Shown here in pieces: positions 1 to 13,561 of a stretch of 64,000 nucleotides of DNA (within the stretch, counting starts at the first letter, position 1; every line of letters starts with the position of its first letter). A program made the position numbers and the translations under genes. The notes under the pieces are model-generated. The model ran no database searches. It had not been told where the DNA came from and worked only from the letters and a program-made list of their open reading frames with translations. This DNA is from Neocallimastix sp. 'constans' (taxonomy: Eukaryota). The stretch spans positions 372,001 to 436,000 of the forward strand of contig JBODTK010000108.1 in assembly GCA_050613775.1 (NCBI GenBank). Direction: 5' to 3'.

Positions 1-6
1 ATAATC

Positions 7-150
7 CACGTGATCAATCATTAATAATATTAAATTTAGTATAGATTTAAATATTTTTACTGCCTTAATATAATATATAATAAAAAAAAATTTATTCCAT
101 TTATTCATTAAATTAATTTTTTTTTTTTCATATAAATATTCCTTTTTTTC
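7..150 (+). promoter_or_regulatory. Putative SPFH promoter block: E-box CACGTG, then ATAGATTTAAATATTTTTACTGCC, then TATAAATATTCC
   Basis: Block is conserved upstream of copies 1-6 (CACGTG at 7, 5712, 8476, 14044; CATGTG at 2695; absent before copy 5) while surrounding spacer sequence varies. Confidence 0.5.
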
Positions 151-368
151 CTTAAAATAATAAAAAACTAAAAACTAAAAAACAAAAAACAAAAAACAAA
201 CTAAAAACAAAAAAATAAAATAACAATAAAACTAAAAATTTAAATAAAAAATATCTTAAAAAAATAAATAAATCTAAATATAAAATTAAATTAATAAATT
301 AATAAAAAAAAAAAAATAAAATATATATTAATAAATTAAAAAAAAAAAAAATAAATTAAAAAATAATA

Positions 369-1211
369 ATGGATATTGAAAAGGAAAAAAAATTTAATAA
401 GAAAATCATAATTGGATTTATTTATTTTATTATTACTGTTGTTGTAATACTTCTCGTTTTTAGTTCCTTTACTGTGATTGATGCTGGTCATACAGGTGTT
501 GTGGTGAGATTAGGAAAAGTATCGGATAATGTTCTTAACGAAGGATTTCACTTCAAATTACCAATTATTACAAATATTGTTAAAATTGATAATAGAGTAC
601 TTAAAACTGAAGTTGAATCCAATTCTGCTTCTAAGGATTTACAATCTATTTCTTCAAAAGTATCAGTAAACTACAGAGTAAATACCAATTCTTCTGCTAA
701 GATTTATAAGAATGTTGGTAATAACTTTGAAACAGTTATTGTAAATCCAGCTATTCATGAATGTATGAAATCAGTTACAGCTAAATACAATGCAGAAGAA
801 CTCATTACCAAACGTGCAAGAGTATCTTCAGAAATGGAAAAAGAAATTTCACAAAAGATTAATCCTTATGGATTAAATATTGAAGTATTCAATATTATTG
901 ATTTTGACTTCTCAGAAGAATTTAGTAAAGCCATTGAAGCCAAACAAACAGCTCAACAACAAGCATTAAAAGCTGAACAAGATCTTGCAAGAATTAAAGT
1001 TGAAGCTAGTCAAACTGTTGAAAAGGCTAAAGCAGAATCGGAAGCCTATCAACTTAAAAATCAACAATTAACTGATAAAGTTATTATGATGGAATTTGTT
1101 GAAAAATGGGATGGAAAACTTCCTACTGTTACATCAGGAGGATCAGCATTATTTGATATGAGTTCATTTATTAACACTAATGGACTTAAAGATGATAAAA
1201 AAGGAAAATAA
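369..1211 (+). CDS. SPFH/band-7 (prohibitin-like) membrane protein, array copy 1
   Basis: Intronless 280-aa ORF with a basic N-terminus and one TM helix. Carries V(D/N)AGHTGVVVRLGKV, EGFHFKLP, SKDLQ, coiled-coil AIEAKQTAQQQALKAEQDL and C-terminal KWDGKLP, all typical of SPFH/prohibitin-family proteins. Confidence 0.93.
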   Translation: MDIEKEKKFNKKIIIGFIYFIITVVVILLVFSSFTVIDAGHTGVVVRLGKVSDNVLNEGFHFKLPIITNIVKIDNRVLKTEVESNSASKDLQSISSKVSVNYRVNTNSSAKIYKNVGNNFETVIVNPAIHECMKSVTAKYNAEELITKRARVSSEMEKEISQKINPYGLNIEVFNIIDFDFSEEFSKAIEAKQTAQQQALKAEQDLARIKVEASQTVEKAKAESEAYQLKNQQLTDKVIMMEFVEKWDGKLPTVTSGGSALFDMSSFINTNGLKDDKKGK

Positions 1212-1789
1212 TAAAAATAATAAATATGCAATTTATTTTGAAAATAAAAACACATCGAGAATTACGTTGTATTTATTTCAAACCTTGCATATAATATTGT
1301 ATATAATATATAAATGAAATAAAAAAAAAATAAAAAATAAAAAATTTACTATCAATTAAATAGGAAATAATATTATTATAATATATAATACAAATTTATA
1401 AAATTTTAAAATATTTAATTAATAATAAAACATTTATATTATAATATAATAATATTGTCTTTAAATTTTATTATTAAAATACAATTCAATATTAAAAATA
1501 AATAATAAATATTAAAATTATATAAAAACAACAATAATAATAATACTAATAATAATAATTATAAAATAAAATACTATTTCTAGATTAAAAATATTACTAT
1601 CATTTAAAATATTATTAAAAATATTATTAAAAATGAATTTATTAAAATATAAATATTATAAAATACTAATTTCAAACAATTATATAATGTATATTTATAA
1701 AAAATTATGAATTATATAAATTTTATATTAAAATAAAGTATATAAAATAAAAATAATAAAATTTATTTAAAAATAATAAAAAAGAATCA

Positions 1790-1820
<31 letters not shown>

Positions 1821-1822
1821 AA

Positions 1823-1861
<39 letters not shown>

Positions 1862-3063
1862 TTTGTATTTATATTTTTAGAATTTATAAATGTGGATTGA
1901 ATAAAAATTATAAAAATTTATATATGTATTAATGAAAAATACAAATTATAAAAATTTTTATTTTTATAATAGAACATTCCATAATTTATTGATAGACGTA
2001 ATTTTAACTTAATAATTAATTTTTTTATTTTGTTTTTTTAATATATATATATATATATACAATGTAAAACTGTGGTAACTAATTATTATCATGAAAGGTG
2101 AAATATATATTTATATTTTTATTGTTACACAAATGGTCAAAATTGGTTAAAAGTGAATATGAAATTAAAAAGGAAGAAGATATATTTAAATTGCTTAATA
2201 TATTAACAAAGAATTATATTAATAAATCAAAATCTAATATAAATTTAATCAAGTTCATTATAAATATATTTCATATTAAAATTTAGTTATTTCATTAATA
2301 TATTTTTATAATTCAAATAATTGAAGAATTATTTTTTTTTGTTGAAGTATATAGAAATTTATTAATAAAAAATTCATTTTTATATTTATTAATATCATTT
2401 AATACATTATTTTTAATGTTTTCTGATTAACCCAATTATATATATATATAAATTAAAACAATATTTTTATATTATTTTTGTTTAGCAAACAATGAATATA
2501 TATTTCTAATTTTCTTTTTTTAAATTTTACACACAATACATATTTAATTTTGTAATTTTTAAAAATTGACGTTATTTAGGAAAAAAAAATTAAATATAAG
2601 AAAGAAATAAAGAAAAAAAGAATTATTTATTTTATCATTTTTAATTTTAATGTTTAATGAATATTCTGATTTTTTTTAAAAAAAGTTTATACTTCATGTG
2701 ATTAATCATTAATTATATTAAATTTAGTATAGATTTAAATATTTTTACTGCCTTTAATATAATAAAAAAAATAAATGAAATAAATTTATTTTTTTAAAAA
2801 TAATTATGTTTTATTTATTTATTAAATTAATTTTTTTTATATAAATATTCCTTTTTTTCCTTAAAATAATAAAAAACTAAAAAACAAAAAACAAAAAACA
2901 AACTAAAAACAAAAAAATAAAATAACAATAAAAACTAAAAATTTAAATAAAAAATATATTAAAAAAATAAATAAATCTAAATATAAAATTAAATTAATAA
3001 ATTAAAAAAAAATAAAATATATATTAATAAATTAAAGAAAAAAAAATAAATTAAAAAATAATA

Positions 3064-3906
3064 ATGGATATTGAAAAGGAAAAAAAATTTAATAAGAAAA
3101 TCATAATTGGATTTATTTATTTTATTATTACTGTTGTTGTAATACTTCTCGTTTTTAGTTCCTTTACTGTGATTGATGCTGGTCATACAGGTGTTGTGGT
3201 GAGATTAGGAAAAGTATCAGATAATGTTCTTAACGAAGGATTTCACTTCAAATTACCAATTATTACAAATATTGTTAAAATTGATAACAGAGTACTTAAA
3301 ACCGAAGTGGAATCCAATTCTGCTTCTAAGGATTTACAATCTATTTCTTCAAAAGTATCAGTAAACTACAGAGTAAATACTAATTCTTCTGCTAGTATTT
3401 ATAAGAATGTTGGTCAAGGCTTTGAAACAGTTATTGTAAATCCAGCTATTCATGAATGTATGAAATCAGTTACTGCTAAATATAATGCAGAAGAACTCAT
3501 TACAAAACGTGCAATAGTATCTACAGAAATGGAAAAAGAAATTTCACAAAAGATTAATCCTTATGGATTAAATATTGAAGTATTCAATATTATTGATTTT
3601 GACTTCTCAGAAGAATTTAGTAAAGCCATTGAAGCCAAACAAACGGCTCAACAACAAGCATTAAAAGCTGAACAAGATCTTGCAAGAATTAAAGTTGAAT
3701 CTAGTCAAACTGTTGAAAAGGCTAAAGCAGAATCGGAAGCCTATCAACTTAAAAACCAACAATTAACAGATAAAGTTATTATGATGGAATTTGTTGAAAA
3801 ATGGGATGGAAAACTTCCTACTGTTACATCAGGAGGATCAGCATTATTTGATATGAGTTCATTTATTAACACTAATGGACTTAAAGATGATAAAAAAGGA
3901 AAATAA
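3064..3906 (+). CDS. SPFH/band-7 protein, array copy 2
   Basis: 280-aa ORF, near-identical to copy 1 (differences include SASI, GQG, VSTE, VESS). Confidence 0.93.
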   Translation: MDIEKEKKFNKKIIIGFIYFIITVVVILLVFSSFTVIDAGHTGVVVRLGKVSDNVLNEGFHFKLPIITNIVKIDNRVLKTEVESNSASKDLQSISSKVSVNYRVNTNSSASIYKNVGQGFETVIVNPAIHECMKSVTAKYNAEELITKRAIVSTEMEKEISQKINPYGLNIEVFNIIDFDFSEEFSKAIEAKQTAQQQALKAEQDLARIKVESSQTVEKAKAESEAYQLKNQQLTDKVIMMEFVEKWDGKLPTVTSGGSALFDMSSFINTNGLKDDKKGK

Positions 3907-4222
3907 TAAAAATAATAAATATGCAATTTATTTTGAAAATAAAAACACATCGAGAATTACGTTGTATTTATTTCAAACCTTGCATATAATATTGTATATA
4001 ATATATAAATGAAATAAAAAAAAAAAAAAAAAAAGAGAATGAAAAATATATTATCTATTAAAATCTATTAAATAAATTATAATATTATTAAATTAAAGTA
4101 TAAATTAAAACTTATTATAATAATTATTAAATAATAAAACATTTATATTATAATATAGTAATATTTTCTTTAGTGTTTATTATTAAAAAACAATTCAATA
4201 TTAAAAATAAATAAGAGATGTT

Positions 4223-4269
<47 letters not shown>

Positions 4270-6013
4270 AGTAATAATAATATTAATTTTAAAATTAAAT
4301 ACTTTACCTAAGAAATAAAAAAATTTTATTCTTCTAAATATTGTTAAAAATATTTTTAAGAATGAAATTATTAAAATATCAATATTAATAAATATTAAGC
4401 TCAAAATGTAATCATGTAATATATTTTTAAGATAAATATTCAATTATATAAAATTTATATTCAAATAAAATATATAAAATAAAAAATTATAAAATTAAAT
4501 AAAAAGTAATAAGAAGGTTCATAAATAAATAAATAAATAAATAAATAAAAGATAAAAGATATGTTTAAAATAAATCATTTTTAATGATATAAAGCCTTTT
4601 TTTTTTTTTTTTTTGAAATATTTGTATTTTTAATTTTTTATATAATATTACATATTATTTAATATTTTCTTTATTGTATTTTAATCATTACTTTAATAAA
4701 TATTTTAATATCTAATAAAAAATAAAAATGTTTATAAACTTTTTTTTTTTAATATTTATAATCATTAAAGTTTAAAATATGTGGATTAAGTAAAAAAATT
4801 CATATTATTAAAAAAATTTTTTTTTCTTAATAGAACATTCTGTAATTTATTGATGGTTTTTATTATTTTAAAATAATTTTGGTATATATATATATATATA
4901 TATATTTATATTTAATCCAAAACTATGGTAACTAATTATTATAAATGGTGAATTTTTACTTTTTATTGTTACACAATTGGTCAATATTGGTAAAAAGTGA
5001 ACATGAAATTAATAAGGAAGAAAATGAAACCTCTGGCTTGGAGCTAAAAATTGTTATGAATATTAATAAAACTATAGTAATTTTGATAAATCAAGATCTA
5101 ATATAAATTTAATCAAATTCAATATAAATAGATTTCATTTCAAAATCTAACTATTTTTTTTCGTAAATTTTATTTATTTATAAAGGTAAAATTAATTTGT
5201 TAAAATATTAAGATAATTATTAATAAAAGAATTCATAGCTTTATTTGATTATATTAGTTAAAATTTTTAATTTTTTCAGTTTAATATATATTATTAATAT
5301 TTCTTAACACAATATATATATTTTTTTATTTTTGTTTTTGCAAACAATTAATATATATTTTTAATTTTCTTTTGTTCTTTGTTAAATTTTACACACAATA
5401 CGTATATAATTTTGTAATTTTTAAAAATTGATGTAATTTAGGAAAAAAAAGAAAATCACATAAAAAATTTTTTAAGGCAATTAAAAAAATAGAATACTAA
5501 TGAAAAAGAAAAAAAATTATATTTTATTTATTTTATAAGCAAATACACAGTAGAAAAAAAAATTATATAAAGTTAACATTCTTTTTTGAAAAAATTAAAT
5601 ACAAAAAAAAAATAAAGAAAAAAAGAATTATCAAAATAAATTTTTATATTAACATTTTTAAATTTTATTGTTTAATGAATATTCTGATTTTTAAAAAAAA
5701 TGTTTATATCTCACGTGATTAATCATTAATAATATTAAATTTATTATAGATTTAAATATTTTTACTGCCTTTAATATAATAAAAAATTATTTTATTTAAT
5801 TTTTTTTAAAAATAAATTTATTTCATTTTTTCATTAAATTAAATTTTTTTATATAAATATTCCTTTTTTCCTTAAAAAATAAAAAAACTAAAAAACAAAA
5901 AAACAAAAAACCAAAATAAAAATAAAAATAAAAATAAAAAAATTAATAAAAAAAAATAAAAAATATATTAATAAATTAATTGAACAATTAAAAAAATAAA
6001 GTAACAAATAATA

Positions 6014-6856
6014 ATGGATTTTGAAAAGGTGAAAAAAAATAATAAGAAACTCATATTTGGAGGTATTTATTTTATTATTGCTGTTATTGTAATACTTCTC
6101 ATTTTTAGTTCCTTCACTGTAATCGATGCTGGTCATACAGGTGTTGTGGTGAGATTAGGAAAAGTATCGGATAATGTTCTTAACGAAGGATTTCACTTCA
6201 AATTACCAATTATTACAAATATTGTTAAAATTGATAATAGAGTACTTAAAACTGAAGTTGAATCCAATTCTGCTTCTAAGGATTTACAATCTATTTCTTC
6301 AAAAGTATCAGTAAACTACAGAGTAAATACCAATTCTTCTGCTAAGATTTATAAGAATGTTGGTCAAGGCTTTGAAACAGTTATTGTAAATCCAGCTGTC
6401 CAAGAATGTATGAAATCAATTGCAGCTAAATATAATGCAGAAGAACTAATTACCAAACGTGCAATAGTATCTACAGAAATGGAAAAAGAAATTTCACAAA
6501 AGATTAATCCTTATGGATTAAATATTGAAGTATTCAATATTATTAATTTTGAGTTCTCAAAAGAATTTAGTAAAGCTATTGAAGCCAAACAAACAGCTCA
6601 ACAACAAGCATTAAAAGCTGAACAAGATCTTGCAAGAATTAAAGTTGAAGCTAGTCAAACTGTTGAGAAAGCTAAAGCAGAATCGGAAGCCTATCAACTT
6701 AAAAATCAACAATTAACTGATAAAGTTATTATGATGGAATTTGTTGAAAAATGGGATGGAAAACTTCCTACTGTTACATCAGGAGGATCAGCATTATTTG
6801 ATATGAGTTCATTTATTAACACTAATGGACTTAAAGATGATAAAAAAGGAAAATAA
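6014..6856 (+). CDS. SPFH/band-7 protein, array copy 3
   Basis: 280-aa ORF with the alternative N-terminus MDFEKVKKNNKKLIFGG and variants AVQE, SIAAK, INFEFSKE. Confidence 0.93.
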   Translation: MDFEKVKKNNKKLIFGGIYFIIAVIVILLIFSSFTVIDAGHTGVVVRLGKVSDNVLNEGFHFKLPIITNIVKIDNRVLKTEVESNSASKDLQSISSKVSVNYRVNTNSSAKIYKNVGQGFETVIVNPAVQECMKSIAAKYNAEELITKRAIVSTEMEKEISQKINPYGLNIEVFNIINFEFSKEFSKAIEAKQTAQQQALKAEQDLARIKVEASQTVEKAKAESEAYQLKNQQLTDKVIMMEFVEKWDGKLPTVTSGGSALFDMSSFINTNGLKDDKKGK

Positions 6857-7182
6857 TAAAAATAATAAATATGTAATTTATTTTGAAAATTAAAACAAAA
6901 CGGGAATTACGTTGTATTTATTTCAAACTTGCATATAAAATTTATATAATATTGTACATAATATATAAATATTTTAAAACAAATAAACAAAGCGAATGAA
7001 AAATATATTATCTATTAAAATCTAAATAAGTTATAATATTATTAAATTAAAGTATAAATTTATAAAATTTTAAAATATTTAATAAATAATAATAAATTTA
7101 TATTGTAATATAATAATATTTTCTTTAAAGTTTATTATTTAAATAAAATTCAATATTTAAAATAAATAACAGATGTTAAAAT

Positions 7183-7214
<32 letters not shown>

Positions 7215-8874
7215 TATAATAATAATAATAATAATAGTAATAATAATAATATTAATTAAATACTTTAACTAAGAAATAAAAAAATTTTATTCTTTTAAAT
7301 ATTGTTAAAAATATTTTTAAGAATGAATTTATTAAAATATCAATATTAATAAATATTAAGCTCAAAATATAATCATGTAATATATTTTTATGATAAATAT
7401 TCAATTATATAAAATTTATATTCAAATAAAATATATAAAATAAAAAATTATAAAATTAAATAAAAAGTAATAAGAAGGTTCATAAATAAATTAAAATGTT
7501 TATAAACTTTTTTTTTTTTTTAATATTTATAATCATTAAAGTTTAAAATATGTGGATTAAGTAAAAAAATTTTTATTATTAAAAAAATTTTTTTTTCTTA
7601 ATAGAACATTCTGTAATTTATTGATGGTTTTTATTATTTTAAAATAATTTTGGAATATATATATATATATATATTTATATTTAATCCAGAACTATGGTAA
7701 CTAATTATTATAAATGGTGAATTTTTACTTTTTATTGTTACACAATTGGTCAATATTGGTAAAAAGTGAACATGAAATTAATAAGGAAGAAAATGAAACC
7801 TCTGGCTAGGAGCTAAAAATTGTTATGAATATTAATAAAACTAAATTTTGATAAATCAAGATCTAATATAAATTTAATCAAATTCATTATAAATAGATTT
7901 CATTTCAAAATCTAACTATTTTTTTCGTAAATTTTATTAATTTATAAATGTTAAATTAATTTGTTAAAATATTAAGATAATTATTAATAAAAGAATTCAT
8001 AGCTTTATTTGATTATATTAGTTAAAATTTTTTTCAGTTTAATATATATTATTAATATTTCTTAACACAATATATATATATATTTTTATTTTTGTTTTTG
8101 CAAACAATTAATATATATTTTTAATTTTCTTTTGTTCTTTGTTAAATTTTACACACAATACGTATATAATTTTGTAATTTTTAAAAATTGATGTAATTTA
8201 GGAAAAAAAAGAAAATCACATAAAAAATTTTTTAAGGCAATTAAAACAATAGAATACTAATGAAAAAGAAAAAAATTATAATTTATTAATTTTATAAGCA
8301 AATACACAGTAGAAAAAAAATTATATATAGTTAACATTCTTTTTTGAAAAAATTAAATACAAAAAAAAAAAAAAAATAAAGAAAAAAAGAATTATCAAAA
8401 TAAATTTTTATATTAACATTTTTAAATTTTATTGTTTAATGAATATTCTGATTTTTAAAAAAAATGTTTATATCTCACGTGATTAATCATTAATAATATT
8501 AAATTTATTATAGATTTAAATATTTTTACTGCCTTTAATATAATAAAAAATTATTTTATTTAATTTTTTTTAAAAATAAATTTATTTCATTTTTTCATTA
8601 AATTAAATTTTTTTATATAAATATTCCTTTTTCCTTAAAAAATAAAAAACCAAAAAACTAAAAAACAAAAAACCAAAATAAAAATAAAAATAAAAATAAA
8701 AATAAGAAAATAAAAATCAAAACATTAAAAACTAATAAAATATAAAGATTATTAATAATTATAAATAAATTTATTAATAAACCTATATATAAAAATAAAA
8801 AAATAAATTAAAAAAAATAAAAAATATTTTAATAAATTAATTGAACAATTAAAAAAATAAATTAACAAATCATA

Positions 8875-9717
8875 ATGGATTTTGAAAAGGTGAAAAAAAA
8901 TAATAAGAAACTCATATTTGGTGGTATTTATTTTATTATTGCTGTTATTGTAATACTTCTCATTTTTAGTTCCTTCACCGTAATCGATGCTGGTCATACA
9001 GGTGTTGTGGTGAGATTAGGCAAAGTATCTGATAATGTTCTTAACGAAGGATTTCACTTCAAATTACCAATTATTACAAATATTGTTAAAATTGATAATA
9101 GAGTACTTAAAACTGAAGTTGAATCCAATTCTGCTTCTAAGGATTTACAATCTATTTCTTCAAAAGTATCAGTAAACTACAGAGTAAATACCAATTCTTC
9201 TGCTAAGATTTATAAGAATGTTGGTAATAACTTTGAAACAGTTATTGTAAATCCAGCTATTCATGAATGTATGAAATCAGTTACAGCTAAATATAATGCA
9301 GAAGAACTCATTACCAAACGTGCAATAGTATCTTCAGAAATGGAAAAAGAAATTTCACAAAAGATTAATCCTTATGGATTAAATATTGAAGTATTCAATA
9401 TTATTGATTTTGACTTCTCAGAAGAATTTAGTAAAGCCATTGAAGCCAAACAAACAGCTCAACAACAAGCATTAAAAGCTGAACAAGATCTTGCAAGAAT
9501 TAAAGTTGAAGCTAGTCAAACTGTTGAGAAAGCTAAAGCAGAATCGGAAGCCTATCAACTTAAAAATCAACAATTAACTGATAAAGTTATTATGATGGAA
9601 TTTGTTGAAAAATGGGATGGAAAACTTCCTACTGTTACATCAGGAGGATCAGCATTATTTGATATGAGTTCATTTATTAACACTAATGGACTTAAAGATG
9701 ATAAAAAAGGAAAATAA
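8875..9717 (+). CDS. SPFH/band-7 protein, array copy 4
   Basis: 280-aa ORF with a copy-3-type N-terminus and a copy-1-type core. Confidence 0.93.
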   Translation: MDFEKVKKNNKKLIFGGIYFIIAVIVILLIFSSFTVIDAGHTGVVVRLGKVSDNVLNEGFHFKLPIITNIVKIDNRVLKTEVESNSASKDLQSISSKVSVNYRVNTNSSAKIYKNVGNNFETVIVNPAIHECMKSVTAKYNAEELITKRAIVSSEMEKEISQKINPYGLNIEVFNIIDFDFSEEFSKAIEAKQTAQQQALKAEQDLARIKVEASQTVEKAKAESEAYQLKNQQLTDKVIMMEFVEKWDGKLPTVTSGGSALFDMSSFINTNGLKDDKKGK

Positions 9718-10038
9718 AAATAATAAATATGTAATTTATTTTGAAAATTAAAACAAAATGGGAATTACGTTGTATTTATTTCAAACTTGCATATATAATT
9801 TATATAATATTGTACATAATATATAAATATTTTAAAACAAATAAACAAAGCGAATGAAAAATATATTATCTATTAAAATCTAAATAAGTTATAATATTAT
9901 TAAATTAAAGTATAAATTTATAAAATTTTAAAATATTTAATAAATAATAATAAATTTATATTATAATAATAATATTTTCTTTAAAGTTTATTATTTAAAT
10001 AAAATTCAATATTTAAAATAAATAACAAATGTTAAAAT

Positions 10039-10076
<38 letters not shown>

Positions 10077-10312
10077 TAATAATAATAATAATTTTATAAT
10101 TAAATAATTAACCTAAGGAATAAAAAATTTTTATACTTTTAAATATTATTAAAAGTATTACTAAAAATTATTAAAATATCCAATATTAATATCAAATGTA
10201 TAATAATGTAATATATTTAATAAATAAAAATGAATTATATAAAATTTATATTTAAATAAGATATACAAAATAAAAAATGAAAAAATTTATAAAAAAAAAA
10301 TAAAAAGAATCA

Positions 10313-10359
<47 letters not shown>

Positions 10360-11051
10360 AAGATATTGCTTAAAATTAATCATTTTTAATATATTTTTTT
10401 TTTTTTAAATTTTTAAATATTATATAAATTATTTAATGTTTTCTTTATTATATCTTTAATTACTATTTTTGTCATTATTTTAAACCAAGTATATATACTA
10501 TTTTTAATATTTATAATCATTAAAGTTTAAAATATGTGGATTAAATAGAATTTATGCTTGTTAAAAAATTCAAATTATTATAAAAATTTTTATTTTCAAA
10601 ATAGAAAATTCTATATTTTATTGATAGACTTAATTTTAACTAATTAATTTTTTTTTTCTTTTTTTTTAAAATAAAAATATATATATATATATTTAATGTA
10701 AAATTATGGCAACTAATTATTATTGTGAAAGATGTAATTTGTATTTTTATTGTATTTTTATTGTTACACAACAAGTCAAAGTTGGTAAGAGATTAATATG
10801 AAATTAATAAGATAAAAATTACTATAAATTCTTCTAAATAAATATAAATTTAATTAAATTAATTATAAAAATATTTCATGCTAAAATTTATTTTTTTCTT
10901 TAATAATTAATTGAAGAATTAATTTTTTTGTTGAAATATATTAACAAATATTAATAAAAGAATCCATTGTAATATTATTTAATACATTATTTTTAATTTT
11001 TCCTGCTTAATACGTATTATATATATTACTTTAAATAATATTTTTTTTTAA

Positions 11052-11083
<32 letters not shown>

Positions 11084-11767
11084 AAATACAATATATAAAA
11101 ATTTTTAGCTTTTAACAATTAACAGGTGAAAAAAGAAAATTAAATAAAAACCAGTTTTTAATTTAATTAAAAAAAAGATAGAAAAACAAAATTTAATTTA
11201 AATTATAGGAAATATTCTTTAGAAAAAAATTATTTTAAATTATCAATTAGTTATGAAAATAAATTAAAAAATAAATAAATAAATAAATAAAAAAAAAAAA
11301 AAAAAAAAAAAGAATTGTCAAAGTATATTTCAAACATTTTTATTTAATTTTAATTTTTAATGAATATTCTGATTATTTAAAAAAATTTAGTCTCTAATGA
11401 TATTAAATTTATTATAGATTTAAATATTTTTACTGCCTTTAATATAATAAAAAATTTTTAATTTAATTTATTTTATGAATAAATTTATTTCTTTTTTTCA
11501 TTAATTTTTTTATATAAATATTCCTTTTTTCCTAAAAAAATAAAAAAACTAAAAAACTACAAAAAACAAAAAACCAAAGAGAAAAAAATATAAATAAAAA
11601 TATAAAAATAAAATAATAAAAAAAATTAAATAAAAAAATTAAAAACTAATAAAATATAAAGAGTATTAAAAATTATAAATAAGTTTATTAATAAATCTAT
11701 ATATAAAAATAAAAAAATATATTAATAAATTAAGCAAACAATCAAAAAAATAAATTAACAAATAATA

Positions 11768-12610
11768 ATGGATATCGAAAAGGTGAAAAAAAATAATAAG
11801 AAACTCATATTTGGTGGTATTTATTTTATTATTGCTGTTATTGTAATACTTCTCATTTTTAGTTCCTTTACTGTGATCGATGCTGGTCATACAGGTGTTG
11901 TGGTGAGATTAGGAAAAGTATCAGATAATGTTCTTAACGAAGGATTTCACTTCAAATTACCAATTATTACAAATATTGTTAAAATTGATAACAGAGTACT
12001 TAAAACCGAAGTGGAATCCAATTCTGCTTCTAAGGATTTACAATCTATTTCTTCAAAAGTATCAGTAAACTACAGAGTAAATACTAATTCTTCTGCTAAG
12101 ATTTATAAGAATGTTGGTAATAACTTTAACAATGTTATTGTAAATCCAGCTATTCAAGAATGTATGAAATCAGTTACAGCTAAATATAATGCAGAAGAAC
12201 TCATTACCAAACGTGCAATAGTATCTTCAGAAATGGAAAAAGAAATTTCACAAAAGATTAATCCTTATGGATTAAATATTGAAGTATTCAATATTATTGA
12301 TTTTGACTTCTCAGAAGAATTTAGTAAAGCTATTGAAGCCAAACAAACAGCTCAACAACAAGCATTAAAAGCTGAACAAGATCTTGCAAGAATTAAAGTT
12401 GAAGCTAGTCAAACTGTTGAAAAGGCTAAAGCAGAATCGGAAGCCTATCAACTTAAAAATCAACAATTAACAGATAAAGTTATTATGATGGAATTTGTTG
12501 AAAAATGGGATGGAAAACTTCCTACTGTTACATCAGGAGGATCAGCATTATTTGATATGAGTTCATTTATTAACACTAATGGACTTAAAGATGATAAAAA
12601 AGGAAAATAA
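11768..12610 (+). CDS. SPFH/band-7 protein, array copy 5
   Basis: 280-aa ORF with a copy-3-like N-terminus and core variant NNFNNVIVNPAIQE. Confidence 0.93.
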   Translation: MDIEKVKKNNKKLIFGGIYFIIAVIVILLIFSSFTVIDAGHTGVVVRLGKVSDNVLNEGFHFKLPIITNIVKIDNRVLKTEVESNSASKDLQSISSKVSVNYRVNTNSSAKIYKNVGNNFNNVIVNPAIQECMKSVTAKYNAEELITKRAIVSSEMEKEISQKINPYGLNIEVFNIIDFDFSEEFSKAIEAKQTAQQQALKAEQDLARIKVEASQTVEKAKAESEAYQLKNQQLTDKVIMMEFVEKWDGKLPTVTSGGSALFDMSSFINTNGLKDDKKGK

Positions 12611-13529
12611 TAAAAATAATAAATATGCAATTTATTTTGAAAATAAAAACACATCGAGAATTACGTTGTATTTATTTCAAACCTTGCATATAATACTGTA
12701 TATATTTTTTAAATTAAATGTAAATTAATTATTGGAAAAACAAAATTTTTAAAATTTCAATATTATTAAATATTAAGTTCAAAATGTAATCATGTGATAT
12801 ATTTTTATAAAAATTATATTAATATAAGATGTATAAAATAAATGGTGATATAATATATTTAAAAGTAATATAAAGGTTCATAAATAAAAAAAATTAACAA
12901 ACAAAAGATATTTTTAAAATAAATTATTTTTAATGATATAAAGCGTTTTTTTTTTTTTTTTTTTTTTTTTTTATTTGAAATATTTGTTCTTTTTAATTTT
13001 TACATATTATTTTACAAATTATTTAACATTTTCTTAATAATTTCTTTAATAATAATTATTTTTATCATAATTTCATGAAAGGTGAAATTTGTATTTTTAT
13101 TGTTGCAAAACGAGATAAAATTGGTAAAAGATAAATATTGAATTAATAAGGAAAAAATAACTCTCAGCGTAGTTAATCTCTTTTTATAGTAAGAAAGATA
13201 ATAATAAATACAATGATTATTATGAAAAAGTTTTCATAATTTTAATTAATGGATACTCAATGAAAGACTGGTCAATTAATATATATTTAAAATAAAAAAA
13301 AAATTACTTTAAATATTAATAAATTTATAATTATTTTGATAAATCAAAATCTAATATAAATTTAATCAAATTCATTATAAATATATTTCATAATAAAACC
13401 TAATTATTATTTCCATAAGTTTTATAATTTACATAATTGAAGATTTTTTTTTTTTTTGCTGAAATATATTATTATTAATAAAAGAATTTATTCATTATAT
13501 ATTTAATTTCATTGAAATAATATTTTTAA

Positions 13530-13561
<32 letters not shown>

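Noticed and set aside
4945..5106. Small spacer ORF (MVNFYFLLLHNWSILVKSE...), echoed at 2098-2286, as a second gene in each array unit
   Set aside because: The frame is broken by early stops or frameshifts in the other units (7714, ~10730, ~13075), and start codons are not conserved.
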